This document shows positions 1-9,400 of a stretch of 64,000 nt of DNA, one piece after another. The first letter of the stretch is position 1, and the number at the start of each line of letters is the position of its first letter. The notes below the pieces were generated by a model, which saw nothing but the letters and a program-made list of their open reading frames with translations, searched no databases and was not told where the DNA came from. A program made the position numbers and the translations under genes. The DNA is from an uncultured Acidobacteriota bacterium (GTDB taxonomy: Bacteria; Acidobacteriota; Vicinamibacteria; Vicinamibacterales; CAVVIG01), in NCBI GenBank assembly GCA_963840225.1, contig CAWIYH010000002.1, forward strand, positions 519,934 to 583,933, read 5' to 3'.

Positions 1-1898
1 CGACGAGCCGGATGCCCATCGTGCGCAGGTAGTCCGAGCCGACGCGGTCGAAGTACACGGTCATCTCTTCGCCCGGCGCGGGCGCATAGCCGTCAACCCT
101 TGCGCCGAAGTCGCTGCTGCTGCCGAGCCCTAGCGGGAATGCCGACGTCATCGTCGCGCCTTCGACGCCGGGCACCAGGCGCACCCGGGCGAGCAGGTCG
201 CGGAAGAGCGCCGTCCCCTTCGCGGCGTCGTATCCGGCCGGCAGCAGGTCGAGCGAAGCGACGAGGCCGCGGCGCAGCGAAAACCCGGGGTCGACCGCTT
301 CGGCGCGGCCGAGCGCGCGCAGGAACAATCCGGCCGAGACGAGAAGCACCAGCGACAGGGCCACCTGTGCGACGACGAGCGCCTGCCGCACGCGCGCGCG
401 CCGCGGGGCGGCGCCGACGGCGCCCGCTGCCTCCTTGAGAGCGACGACAAGGCGCGTTGTCGACCCCTGGAGGGCCGGGGCGAGCCCGAAGACCAACGCG
501 CAGCCGAGCGTGACGAGGGCGGCGAATGCCAGCACCGGTCCCCGCACCGAGGCGTCCACGGCGAGCGGCAGGCGCGTCGGCGGCAGGAACGCGGTCAGGA
601 TGCCCGCGGTCCACGTCGCCAGCACGGCTCCGACGGCGCCGCCCGCGATCGCGAGCAGCAGGCTCTCCGTCAGGAGCTGCTGGACGAGCCGCGCGCGGCT
701 GGCGCCGAGCGCGAGCCGCACCGCCGTCTCGCGCTGCCGGCCGACCGCGCGCGCGAGCAGCAGGTTCGCCACGTTGGCGCAGACGATGATCAGCACGACC
801 CCGACGACGCCCATCAGGACGGCGAGCACCGGCAGCATCATGGCGCTCGCCGTGCCCGGCGCCTTCCAGAGCGGATAGAGCCGCGCTCCCCGGCCGGCAT
901 CGTCGGGATACGCGGCGGCGAGTCGTGCGGCGAGGACGTCGACGTCGCGCTGCGCCCGCGCGACCGGCACGCCCGGTTTCAGCCGGGCCATTACCTGGAG
1001 CCAGCCGTTGCCTCGCTGCGCCAGCCGGTTGCCGGGCATCACGGCCGTCTGCATCATCATCGGCACCCAGACGTCGAAGGCCAGGCCGGCCGCGCTGCCG
1101 TGGAACGTCGGCGGCGCGATGCCGACGACCGTGAAGGCGCGGCCGTTCAGCGTGACCGTGCGGCCGATGATCGCGGGATCGCCGGCCAGGTGGTTGCGCC
1201 AGTACGCATGGCTGAAGACGGCCACCGGCGCCGTTCCGGGCGTGCGGTTCTCGTCGGGGAGGAAGGTCCGCCCGAGGATCGGCCTCACGCCGAGCGCGTC
1301 GAAGAAGTTGCCGCTGACGATCTGGCCCCAGACGCGCTCCGGATCGCCGGTCGTCCTCAGGTTCAGCGCGACGACACGCGAGGCGATCAGGTCGGCGACA
1401 GTATCGGGACGGCCGTTCCGCAGGTCGACGAAGTTCGGCCAGGACCAGCTGAGATCGCCCCGCGTGCGCGTCGTGCCGGCGAGGACCATCAGGCGGTCCT
1501 GTCCCTCGACCCCGCCGAGAGGCCGGAGGAGCAGCGCATCGATCCAGCTGTAGATGGTCACGTTGGCGCCGATCCCCAGGCCGAGCGTGAGCACGGCGAC
1601 CGCCGTGAAACCGGGCCGGCGCAGCATGAGACGCCATCCGTAGCGCAGGTCGTGCGAGACCATCTCCATCCTCCGGACGTGGCCGCGGAGCCACAGGGCA
1701 TGGCGCAGGGCGCCGGTCAGGTCGGCGAACGCGCGGAAGCCACCCGGTTCGGGCGTGCGCCCGGTCTGCCAGGCGTAGGCGAGGTCCGCATGCCACTGGC
1801 GGCGCCACTGGCGGCGCCGCGACGCCGGCACGATCGAATCGCAGGCGGTCGACGAGCGCGAGCAGCAGGGCGAGGGGAGGGCGCCGCGGGCGGCTCAT
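1..1898 (-). CDS. ADOP-family (MacB/FtsX-like) ABC-transporter permease; 3' end lies beyond the left window edge; 5' end frame-ambiguous
   Basis: The minus-strand frame is open from 1894 down to 2. It is absent from the ORF track because it has no stop inside the window. It reads ...[53 protein letters not shown]...[34 protein letters not shown]..., collinear with the complete paralog at 13598-16261. ATG 1898, 12 nt after the PadR stop, is one base out of frame. The first in-frame start is GTG 1831. Confidence 0.85.
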
Positions 1899-1910
1899 GA
1901 CACGGCTGCT

Positions 1911-2238
1911 TCAGGCCTCCGACGGCCGAATCCGCCAGGCGGCGAGCGAGACGGGCTTGAGGTTCTTGTAGCGCATGAGGCCCTCGGCGAGCGCGCGCGC
2001 GCCCTCCGCCGTGAGGTCGAAGTACCGCCGCGGCGGCCGCTTGTCGCGCCGCGCTTTCCGCGCGTCCTCCCAGCGGGAGGTGAGGCAGCCGATCGCCTCG
2101 AGCTTGTCGAGCGTCGGATACACCGTGCCCGAGGTGAGGCCCGTCGCCTCCATGATGTCGAAGCCGAAGCGGTTGCCGTCGGCGATCGGCGTGCAGCACG
2201 GCGACCTGGCCGAAGACGAGCGGAGCCGGTTTGCGCAT
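1911..2238 (-). pseudogene. PadR-family transcriptional regulator interrupted by an apparent 1-nt insertion near 2187
   Basis: ORF 1911-2153 gives ...FGFDIMEATGLTSGTVYPTLDKLEAIGCLTSRWED...PRRYFDLTAEGARAL, the PadR winged-helix core and RxYxLT motif, but lacks the first helix. The missing N-terminus MRKPAPLVFGQVAVLHA is encoded from ATG 2238 in the frame offset by one base. 328 nt minus 1 nt = 109 codons. Confidence 0.75.
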
Positions 2239-2293
2239 GGACTATATCTATCACCAATCTATGTTGGCATTCAAGATAGGTGACCTGGCTATC

Positions 2294-2986
2294 ATGGGAT
2301 CCATGAGTGCAGTGTCGGCCGTCGTCTTCGACTTCGACGGCGTCATCCTGGACAGCGAGACGCCGGAATTCGAGGCGCACCGGCGGATCTTCGACCGTTG
2401 CGGCCTGTCGCTGACCGCCGACGAATGGTGCGATCAGATCGGGTTGTGGTCCGAGGGCTACGAGGACCGCTGGTTCCGGCGGCTCTCCGAGCGGGCGGCG
2501 TCGGCGCCGGACCGGGCGGCCTTCGCCGCCGAGAAAGCGCGCCTGTTTCAGGAGCTCGTGTCGCCGGAGCCGATGCGTGGGATCAGGGACCTGCTCGACG
2601 CGCTCGCGGCGGCGTCGGTTCCCACGGCCATCGCGTCGAGCTCGCCAGCGCGGTGGGTCGTGCCGGCCGTCGAGCGGCTCGGGCTGGCGCACCGCTTTCA
2701 CGCGATCGTCACCGGCACGGACGTCGATCGCCGCAAGCCGGCGCCCGACGGCTATCTGGAGGCCATCCGGCGTCTCGGCGTCGATCCGCGCCGCGCGGTC
2801 GCGGTCGAGGACTCCGCACCCGGCATCCTGGCGGCGCGCGCCGCGGGCCTCAGGACCGTCGCGATTCCGCACTGGCTCACCGCGGCCCACGACCTGGCCG
2901 CCGCCGACCTGCGGCTGACCGACGCCGGCGAGCTGACGCTCGATCTGCTGGAGTCCCTCTGCCGTCCCGGCGCGGAGGCCGATTGA
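2294..2986 (+). CDS. HAD-superfamily hydrolase (subfamily IA, beta-phosphoglucomutase/phosphatase-like)
   Basis: Motif I VVFDFDGVILDSE, a conserved Lys region RRKPAPDGY and motif IV AVEDSAPGI. ATG 2294 or 2303 is a more plausible start than the track start at 2231. Confidence 0.85.
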   Translation: MGSMSAVSAVVFDFDGVILDSETPEFEAHRRIFDRCGLSLTADEWCDQIGLWSEGYEDRWFRRLSERAASAPDRAAFAAEKARLFQELVSPEPMRGIRDLLDALAAASVPTAIASSSPARWVVPAVERLGLAHRFHAIVTGTDVDRRKPAPDGYLEAIRRLGVDPRRAVAVEDSAPGILAARAAGLRTVAIPHWLTAAHDLAAADLRLTDAGELTLDLLESLCRPGAEAD

Positions 2987-3131
2987 CGCTCGAGCTGAGG
3001 GCGGACGATCGGGAGGTGCGTTTTCGCTGGCGGCCTCACTACAATAACAGCCACACCCATGAGCGACGAACACATCCCGGCGAGACGAACCGGCGCCGAC
3101 CGACTTCATTCGCGCCATCGTCCGCGACGAC

Positions 3132-4763
3132 GTGGCGGCGGGAAGGCACGGCGGCCGCGTCGCCACGCGCTTTCCACCCGAACCGAACGGCTACCTCCAT
3201 ATCGGGCACGCCAAGTCGATCTGCCTGAACTTCGGGATCGCCGCCGAGTACGGCGGCGCCTGCAACCTGCGGTTCGACGACACCAATCCGACCAAAGAGG
3301 ACGTCGAATACGTCGACGCCATCAAGGCGGACGTCGTCTGGCTCGGCTTCCACTGGCATGCCGAGCTCTACGCGTCGGATTATTTCGAGCAGCTGTATCG
3401 GTTCGCGGTCGAGTTGATCCGCAAGGAGCTGGCGTACGTCGACAGCCTGACGGCCGACGAGATTCGGGAGTATCGCGGGACGCCGACCGAACCCGGCCGC
3501 AACAGCCCGTATCGCGACCGGACGGTGGCCGAAAACCTGGACCTGTTCGCGGGTATGCGCGCCGGGGAGTTTCCCGACGGCGCGCACGTCCTGCGCGCGA
3601 AGATCGACATGGCGTCGCCGAACTTCAACATGCGCGATCCGACGCTGTATAGGATCCGGCGGGCCACGCACCACCGCACGGGCGATGCGTGGTGCATCTA
3701 TCCGATGTACGACTTCGCGCATCCGCTCTCGGACGCCATCGAGCGGATCACGCACTCGCTGTGCACCCTGGAGTTCGAGGACCATCGGCCGTTGTACGAC
3801 TGGCTGGTGGACCATCTCATCTCCGGCGACGAGCCCCGCCAATACGAGTTCGCGCGGCTCAACCTGAACTACACCGTGATGAGCAAGCGCAAGCTGCTCC
3901 AGCTCGTCCAGCAGCGGCACGTCTCCGGCTGGGACGATCCGCGGATGCCGACGATCTCCGGACTGCGGCGCCGCGGCTACACGCCGGAATCGATTCGCGA
4001 CTTCTGCACGCGGATCGGCGTGGCCAAGAAGGAGAACGTGATCGACGTCGCCCAGCTCGAGCACAGCATCCGCGAGGACCTCAACAGGCGCGCGCCGCGC
4101 GTGATGGCGGTGCTACGCCCGCTGCGCGTGGTGCTGACCAACTATCCCGAGGGGCAGGTCGAAGCGCTCGACGTCATCAACAACCCGGAGGATCCGTCGG
4201 CCGGCACCAGAAGGGTGCCGTTCTCGCGCGTCCTGTACGTCGAGCGGGACGATTTCCGCGAAGACCCGCCGAAGAAGTTCTTCCGCCTCGCGCCGGGACG
4301 GGAGGTGCGGCTGCGGTGCGCGTACTTCATCACCTGCACCGAGGTCGTCAAGGATGCGAACGGGGAGGTCGTGGAGCTTCGCTGCACGTACGATCCCGCG
4401 ACGCGCGGCGGAGACGCGCCCGACGGCCGGCGCGTGAAGGCGACGCTGCACTGGGTGTCCGCCGCCCACGCCGTGCCGCTCACCGTGCGGCTGTACGATC
4501 GGCTGTTCTCCGTGCCCGACCCCGAGAACGTGCCCGACGGCCTGACCTTCCTCGACCATCTCAACCCGAACTCGCTCGAGGCGATCTCGGACTGCCAGGG
4601 GGAGCCCGGCCTGGGGTCGGCGTCGCCCGGCTCCCGCGTCCAGTTCGAGCGGCTCGGGTACTTCGTGGTCGATCCCGACTCGGAGCCCGGGAAGCTCGTG
4701 TTCAATCGCACGGTGTCCCTCAAGGACACCTGGGCGAGGATTGAGGGGAAAGGGCGGGGGTGA
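3132..4763 (+). CDS. glnS: Glutamine--tRNA ligase (GlnRS); true 5' end probably upstream (see findings)
   Basis: Class I synthetase motifs [14 protein letters not shown] (HIGH) and VMSKR (KMSKS). Collinear with recalled E. coli GlnRS through to ...QFERLGYF...[15 protein letters not shown] 3132 is the first canonical in-frame start. However, the conserved residues [14 protein letters not shown] are encoded in the same frame at 3093-3131, behind an in-frame TGA at 3060-3062. Confidence 0.93.
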   Translation: MAAGRHGGRVATRFPPEPNGYLHIGHAKSICLNFGIAAEYGGACNLRFDDTNPTKEDVEYVDAIKADVVWLGFHWHAELYASDYFEQLYRFAVELIRKELAYVDSLTADEIREYRGTPTEPGRNSPYRDRTVAENLDLFAGMRAGEFPDGAHVLRAKIDMASPNFNMRDPTLYRIRRATHHRTGDAWCIYPMYDFAHPLSDAIERITHSLCTLEFEDHRPLYDWLVDHLISGDEPRQYEFARLNLNYTVMSKRKLLQLVQQRHVSGWDDPRMPTISGLRRRGYTPESIRDFCTRIGVAKKENVIDVAQLEHSIREDLNRRAPRVMAVLRPLRVVLTNYPEGQVEALDVINNPEDPSAGTRRVPFSRVLYVERDDFREDPPKKFFRLAPGREVRLRCAYFITCTEVVKDANGEVVELRCTYDPATRGGDAPDGRRVKATLHWVSAAHAVPLTVRLYDRLFSVPDPENVPDGLTFLDHLNPNSLEAISDCQGEPGLGSASPGSRVQFERLGYFVVDPDSEPGKLVFNRTVSLKDTWARIEGKGRG

Positions 4764-4792
4764 ATGGAACGGCGTCCATGGCCGATCGCTGA

Positions 4793-5701
4793 TTGCTGAT
4801 TGAGGGTTCTGACCGGGCACGCCTGGCGATCTCGATCGCGCTCGCCGCGATCACGGTCGCGCACGCCGCACGGTCCGACGTGCACGTGGGTCGGCTCGAC
4901 ATCCTGCACGTGCGCAGCCGGGCGCTCGGCGCGACGCGGACGGTACGCGTGTGGACCCCTGCGAGGCAGCCGCGCGGGGCGCGCTATGACGTCCTCTACC
5001 TGAACGACGGCCAGAATCTGTTCGGCGACGGCAGTCCGGACACCGGAGGCGTCGGCTGGCGCGCCGACGAAGCGGCCGCCGCGCTCATCGCGGCGCACCG
5101 GATCGGGCCGCTCATGATCGTCGGCATCGACAATGCGGGCGACCGCTCCCGCGGCGTCGACTACCTGCCGGTGCCCGATCCGTTCGAACCGCAGCCGGCG
5201 CCGCCTGGGGCCGACCGCTATCTTCGGTTCGTGATCGACGAGCTGATACCGCGGATCGACCGCTCGTATCCGACGGCGCGCGGAGCCGCCCACACCGGCT
5301 TCGGCGGGTCGTCGTACGGCGCCGTCGTCGCGTTCTACGCGGCGATGGCGCGGCCGGGCGTGTTCGGCCGTCTCCTTCTCGAGAGCCCGTCGGTCGGTGT
5401 CGGCGGTGGCGTCCTTCTCGATCGCGCGAGGGAGTTCTCTCGGTGGCCGGACCGCGTGGCGATGGGCGTCGGCACCGGCGAAGGGAGGGGCCGACGCGGG
5501 CCGAGCGCCGCGTTCCACACACTCGTGTCGATCCTCCGCCGCGCGGGGCTGGACGACCATCGACTGCAGGTCACAGTCGGCCAGGGTGCGGGCCACAACG
5601 AGGCGGCCTGGGCCGCGCGGCTGCCCGACGATCTCGCGTTCCTGTTTCGCCCGGCTGATGTCTCGCGCTCCGGCGCTCCTGCGCCCGCGCGCTCCCGGTG
5701 A
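4793..5701 (+). CDS. Alpha/beta hydrolase, putative esterase family (enterochelin-esterase-like)
   Basis: The segment YDVLYLNDGQNLF, the nucleophile elbow FGGSSYGAV and the C-terminal GAGHNEAAW are typical of the putative esterase fold. The N-terminus is hydrophobic and signal-like. The start (TTG 4793) is uncertain. Confidence 0.75.
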   Translation: MLIEGSDRARLAISIALAAITVAHAARSDVHVGRLDILHVRSRALGATRTVRVWTPARQPRGARYDVLYLNDGQNLFGDGSPDTGGVGWRADEAAAALIAAHRIGPLMIVGIDNAGDRSRGVDYLPVPDPFEPQPAPPGADRYLRFVIDELIPRIDRSYPTARGAAHTGFGGSSYGAVVAFYAAMARPGVFGRLLLESPSVGVGGGVLLDRAREFSRWPDRVAMGVGTGEGRGRRGPSAAFHTLVSILRRAGLDDHRLQVTVGQGAGHNEAAWAARLPDDLAFLFRPADVSRSGAPAPARSR

Positions 5702-5753
5702 AGGCGAGCCGGGACGGTCGCCCCGAGAGGAGCAGGGCGCTATACTCCGGCGC

Positions 5754-6752
5754 ATGAACCGCACCATCTCGGCCGTAGTCCTCGTGCTCGTGTCGGCCGC
5801 ACCGGCCTTCGCCCAGGCGGTCCGCTACGATCCGACCTTCAACGACCTGAAGTACGTCTACGCCACCGCGCCGGCGGTGGCGACGCTCAAGCCGGGCGAC
5901 ACGCTGGAGACGCGCACGTTCGATGCCTTCGGCAACGCCATTCGCAAGCCGGGAGACACGATGGCGATGGTGAAGGGCGACAACCCGCTGACCGGGCCGT
6001 TCGCGATAGCCGGCGCCGAGCCGGGCGACACTCTCGTCGTGAAGGTGCTCGAACTTGCCGTCGATTCGACGCAGGGCGTCGGCGCGCTCGCCCCCGGCTT
6101 CGGCGCGCTCAACACGACCACCTACACGCCGATGCTCAACCAGAACCTGCCGGAGAAAATCTGGTTCTACGACATCGACAACGCCGCGAACACGGCGACC
6201 TATCACGCCCTCGACTCGCCGTTTAGCGTGAGGATTCCGATGCACCCGTTCCTCGGCTGCATCGGCGTCGCGCCTTCCGGCGGCGAAGCCCGCAGCTCGG
6301 TCGTGCCGGCCGAATACGGCGGGAACATGGACGCGCCGGAAGCGAGCGTCGGCAACACCATTTACCTTCCGGTCAACGTTCCGGGGGCGCTCCTCTACTT
6401 CGGCGACGGCCACGCCGCTCAGGGCGACGGCGAGGTCGCCGGCACGGCCATCGAGGTGCCGCTGCGGGTCCGCCTCCAGGTGAACCTGATCAAGGGACAG
6501 CGGATCGCCTGGCCGCGATTCGAGAACGAGCACGCGATCATGGCGGTCGGCGCCTACCGTCCCCTCGACGATGCGCTGCGGATCGCGTTTACGGAGCTCG
6601 TCGGCTGGATTCACCGCGACTATGGCCTCTCGGACCTCGACGCGTACGAGCTGCTGTCGAAGACCGCGACCATTCACCTTGTGGAGATGGTCGATCCGAA
6701 CTACGTCGTGATTGCCGGGATCGACAAGAAATACCTGCCGGCCCGGAAGTAG
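5754..6752 (+). CDS. Acetamidase/formamidase-family amidohydrolase, secreted
   Basis: Starts at ATG 5754 with signal peptide MNRTISAVVLVLVSAAPAFAQA. Family signatures are GPFAIAGAEPGDTLVVKV, EYGGNMD and FGDGHAAQGDGEVAGTAIE. The 5' part of track ORF 5397-6752 is a non-coding extension. Confidence 0.85.
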   Translation: MNRTISAVVLVLVSAAPAFAQAVRYDPTFNDLKYVYATAPAVATLKPGDTLETRTFDAFGNAIRKPGDTMAMVKGDNPLTGPFAIAGAEPGDTLVVKVLELAVDSTQGVGALAPGFGALNTTTYTPMLNQNLPEKIWFYDIDNAANTATYHALDSPFSVRIPMHPFLGCIGVAPSGGEARSSVVPAEYGGNMDAPEASVGNTIYLPVNVPGALLYFGDGHAAQGDGEVAGTAIEVPLRVRLQVNLIKGQRIAWPRFENEHAIMAVGAYRPLDDALRIAFTELVGWIHRDYGLSDLDAYELLSKTATIHLVEMVDPNYVVIAGIDKKYLPARK

Positions 6753-6875
6753 TTGCGCCAGCTCGACGGCAGGCGTCCGCCCCCCCGACCTTACTGATGA
6801 GCTAAGAACGCCTCCCGGCGCCTCTGATCGAATCTCCGAAGCCCGGCGGGAACTCGTCTTGCTAATCGCGCCTGC

Positions 6876-8177
6876 ATGGACCCGCGCGAACGCTGGCAAG
6901 CTCTGCAGGCGCATCTCAACGCCGCACGGGCCGCACAGGCCCTCGGCGACCTCCCGCGCGCGCGGCTCGAGGTCGATGCCGCTCTGGCGATCGACCCCGA
7001 CTTTCTTGCGGCGCAGTCGCTGCGCGAGGATCTGCTCGTCGCTTCGGCCTACGATCAGTTGATCTCACCGCCGCCGGCCGGTCCGCCGGCCCCCTCGCCG
7101 AACCAGATGTCGGCCGAGGGCTATGCGCGGTTCGAAGAGCGCGCCCGGCGACGGCGGGCTGCGCGCCGGCTGGCGGCGGCGCGCGAGGCCCTGGCCGCCC
7201 ACCGTACGGCCGAGGCCCGCGATGCCCTGGACGAAGCGCGCCAGCTGGATCCGGATGCAGCCGACCTCGCCGACCTCAGGCTGGCTCCCGATACGGTCGA
7301 CATCGCGGAGCTGCCGCTGTTGATCAACGAACGATCGATGGCGGTGCGGCCGGCGCGTCACGGAGGCGCGCGGATGGCGGCCGCGCTGGCGTTTGCCGTG
7401 ACCTGCCTTGCCGCCACATGGCTGCAGGAGCCCTCGACGATCGCCGGCTATGACGTCGGACCGTCGTTCGCGTCGGCCTTGCCGGGCGTCGATTCGCTCT
7501 CGGCGATCGAAGCGGATCGGAAGGCATCGGTCGAGATGCCCGTGGGAACCGCGGGCCCCGTGATCGAGGATCGGGTGGTTCATCCCCGTCAGGTCATGAG
7601 CGCACCCGCGTCGAATCCGCCCTTGCCGGTCCCCGACCGCTCCGCGGCGCCTCCGCGCTCCGACGTGGCGGCGCCATCCGCCTCGACAGGGCCGGCGACC
7701 ACGGCCCGCGCCGAGGAGGTGAGGCCTGCCATGGCCGGGTCGGTGCCCACCGCGTCCGTCCCGCCCCCTCCTGCGGCGAGTGTCACGCCGTCGAGGCCGA
7801 CCGACGCTCCGGCCCCGCCCCCCGCCGCCGCTCCCGTCGTGCAGAACGACGAAGTGCTCGTGCGCGCCGCGCTCCAGCGATACCAAACGGCATACGACGG
7901 ACTCGACGCGCGCTCGGCGCAGGCCGTGTGGCCGGCGGTGGATGAAGCGGCGCTGGCGCGCGCCTTCGCCGGCCTGGCGTCGCAGCGGCTGGCGTTCGAC
8001 AGGTGTGACGTGCGGATGCTGCAGGGCGACGCGGCCGCCGCGGTGTGTCGCGGAAGGGCCACGTACGTCGCCAGGTACGGCAGCCGCGAGCCGCAGGTCG
8101 AACCCCGCGTGTGGCGGTTCACGCTTCGAAAGACTGGCGGCGGATGGCGGATCGAGTCGGCCCTGGCCGAGCGCTGA
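6876..8177 (+). CDS. Hypothetical membrane-anchored protein: helical-repeat N-terminus, one TM segment, Pro/Ala-rich linker, C-terminal NTF2/SnoaL-like domain
   Basis: 433-aa ORF. TM candidate is MAAALAFAVTCLAATWL. A long P/A/S linker follows. The C-terminal ~110 aa (VLVRAALQRYQTAYDGLDARSAQAVWP...WRFTLRKTGGGWRIES) resemble NTF2-like folds. No enzymatic motif was seen. Confidence 0.55.
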   Translation: MDPRERWQALQAHLNAARAAQALGDLPRARLEVDAALAIDPDFLAAQSLREDLLVASAYDQLISPPPAGPPAPSPNQMSAEGYARFEERARRRRAARRLAAAREALAAHRTAEARDALDEARQLDPDAADLADLRLAPDTVDIAELPLLINERSMAVRPARHGGARMAAALAFAVTCLAATWLQEPSTIAGYDVGPSFASALPGVDSLSAIEADRKASVEMPVGTAGPVIEDRVVHPRQVMSAPASNPPLPVPDRSAAPPRSDVAAPSASTGPATTARAEEVRPAMAGSVPTASVPPPPAASVTPSRPTDAPAPPPAAAPVVQNDEVLVRAALQRYQTAYDGLDARSAQAVWPAVDEAALARAFAGLASQRLAFDRCDVRMLQGDAAAAVCRGRATYVARYGSREPQVEPRVWRFTLRKTGGGWRIESALAER

Positions 8178-8185
8178 TCGAACCC

Positions 8186-9400
8186 TCAGGGCCTCGACGC
8201 CCGGTAGTCGTAGCTGTAGTCGAGTCCCACGAACGGCGTGACGGGGGAGGTCAGCCCCGCGCTCGTGAGCGGCAGCATCACGTTGGCCACCAGCACCCAG
8301 GTGCTCGCCACATTCCATTTGACGCCAGGCACGACCGTCACCAGATTCACGCGCGACCCGCTCGGCTCGAGCCGCAGCGTCTCCACGCCGGCGAGCGAGG
8401 GATGCGTCGCCGTGACCGGTACGATGCCGCCGGGCGTGTCGATCCAGCGGCCGAGGAGCTCGCCGCTCAGCGTGAGCCGTCCGGTGGCCGCCACGGTCGC
8501 GGCGCCCCCGTAGCTGATCTCGCGCGCGAGGCCGCCGACCGTGAATCCCGCGTTGAGGTACCCGCCGGCGCGCCCCCGTTCCAGCGATCCGATCCCCGCG
8601 AGCTTCAGCGAGGCGCGGCCGGTGCCAAGGAGATCCTCCTGCCGGCCTGTCGGCAACCGGACGTCGACCGCGGCAGCCAGCCCCGCACCTTCTTCCTGGA
8701 CGATCGAATATTTCGCGCGGGCGACCAGGTCCGCGAGGCCGACGGTCTTCGCCGAGGCGCTGGCCTGTGTGAATGTCTGTCCGCGATAGGTGTTGACGCG
8801 GCTCCCTTCGAGCCTGAGCGCGACGGCCGGTACGGCGACGCCGATCTCGAGCTGATCGGTCACCCCGACGGTCCCGTAGAACGTCGCGACGTCAGCGTCG
8901 ATGTCGAGCGCCAGGCGATCGACGTCGAACGGCGTCTGCTCGTCGACGAACTGATTCGCCGTCGTCACGAGCGAGCCGTCGCGCAGGTTGTGCCCGTCGA
9001 GCGACGTGAAGCGGAGATGCTGATACGTGAGGCCGAAGGCCGATCGTCCCCGGCCGGCGGTCAGGGAGCGCTCGACGAAGAACGGTCCGAAACTCGACGT
9101 CGCCCGCTCCACCGTGCCCAGCTCGGGATTCAGGCGGTAAAGGAACGCTCCCGACGAGGACGACACGGGCAGCGTGGCCAGGTTGGCCAGGAGCGCCCGG
9201 GATATCGTGTCGCTCGTGGCTTCGGCCGCCGCGGCATCGCGAGCCGGCGCGCCCGTGGCGATCGACTGGTTCGTGACCAGGAACGACAGGACCTGGGAGA
9301 CCGTCTGCTGAGCCGTGGCCGGACGTGCGCCGACGAGCAGGCCGATCGCTGCCGCGAGAAACCGACCGGCGTTACCTGTTCGCCGCATCGTTGTGGCCAT
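8186..9400 (-). CDS. Outer-membrane beta-barrel protein (transporter/MetA-pathway-like porin family)
   Basis: Signal peptide ...FLAAAIGLLVGARPATAQQ. Alternating hydrophobic beta-strand pattern throughout, Gly/Thr/Ser-rich turns, and an aromatic-rich C-terminal strand PFVGLDYSYDY. Confidence 0.65.
   Translation of the reverse strand: MATTMRRTGNAGRFLAAAIGLLVGARPATAQQTVSQVLSFLVTNQSIATGAPARDAAAAEATSDTISRALLANLATLPVSSSSGAFLYRLNPELGTVERATSSFGPFFVERSLTAGRGRSAFGLTYQHLRFTSLDGHNLRDGSLVTTANQFVDEQTPFDVDRLALDIDADVATFYGTVGVTDQLEIGVAVPAVALRLEGSRVNTYRGQTFTQASASAKTVGLADLVARAKYSIVQEEGAGLAAAVDVRLPTGRQEDLLGTGRASLKLAGIGSLERGRAGGYLNAGFTVGGLAREISYGGAATVAATGRLTLSGELLGRWIDTPGGIVPVTATHPSLAGVETLRLEPSGSRVNLVTVVPGVKWNVASTWVLVANVMLPLTSAGLTSPVTPFVGLDYSYDYRASRP

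Noticed and set aside
93-1898. 601-aa ORF from the track ([13 protein letters not shown]...), the longest listed ORF at the left end
   Set aside because: After the first ~20 residues it is Arg/Pro/Ala filler with no family resemblance. The frame offset by one base gives a textbook ADOP permease over the same DNA, so this ORF is a high-GC out-of-frame shadow. Only its first codons may be real.
3059-3652. 197-aa ORF starting at ATG 3059
   Set aside because: Beyond the first few codons it is Arg-rich nonsense overlapping the bona fide glnS frame. Only the ATG itself is likely meaningful, as the probable true glnS start displaced by one base.
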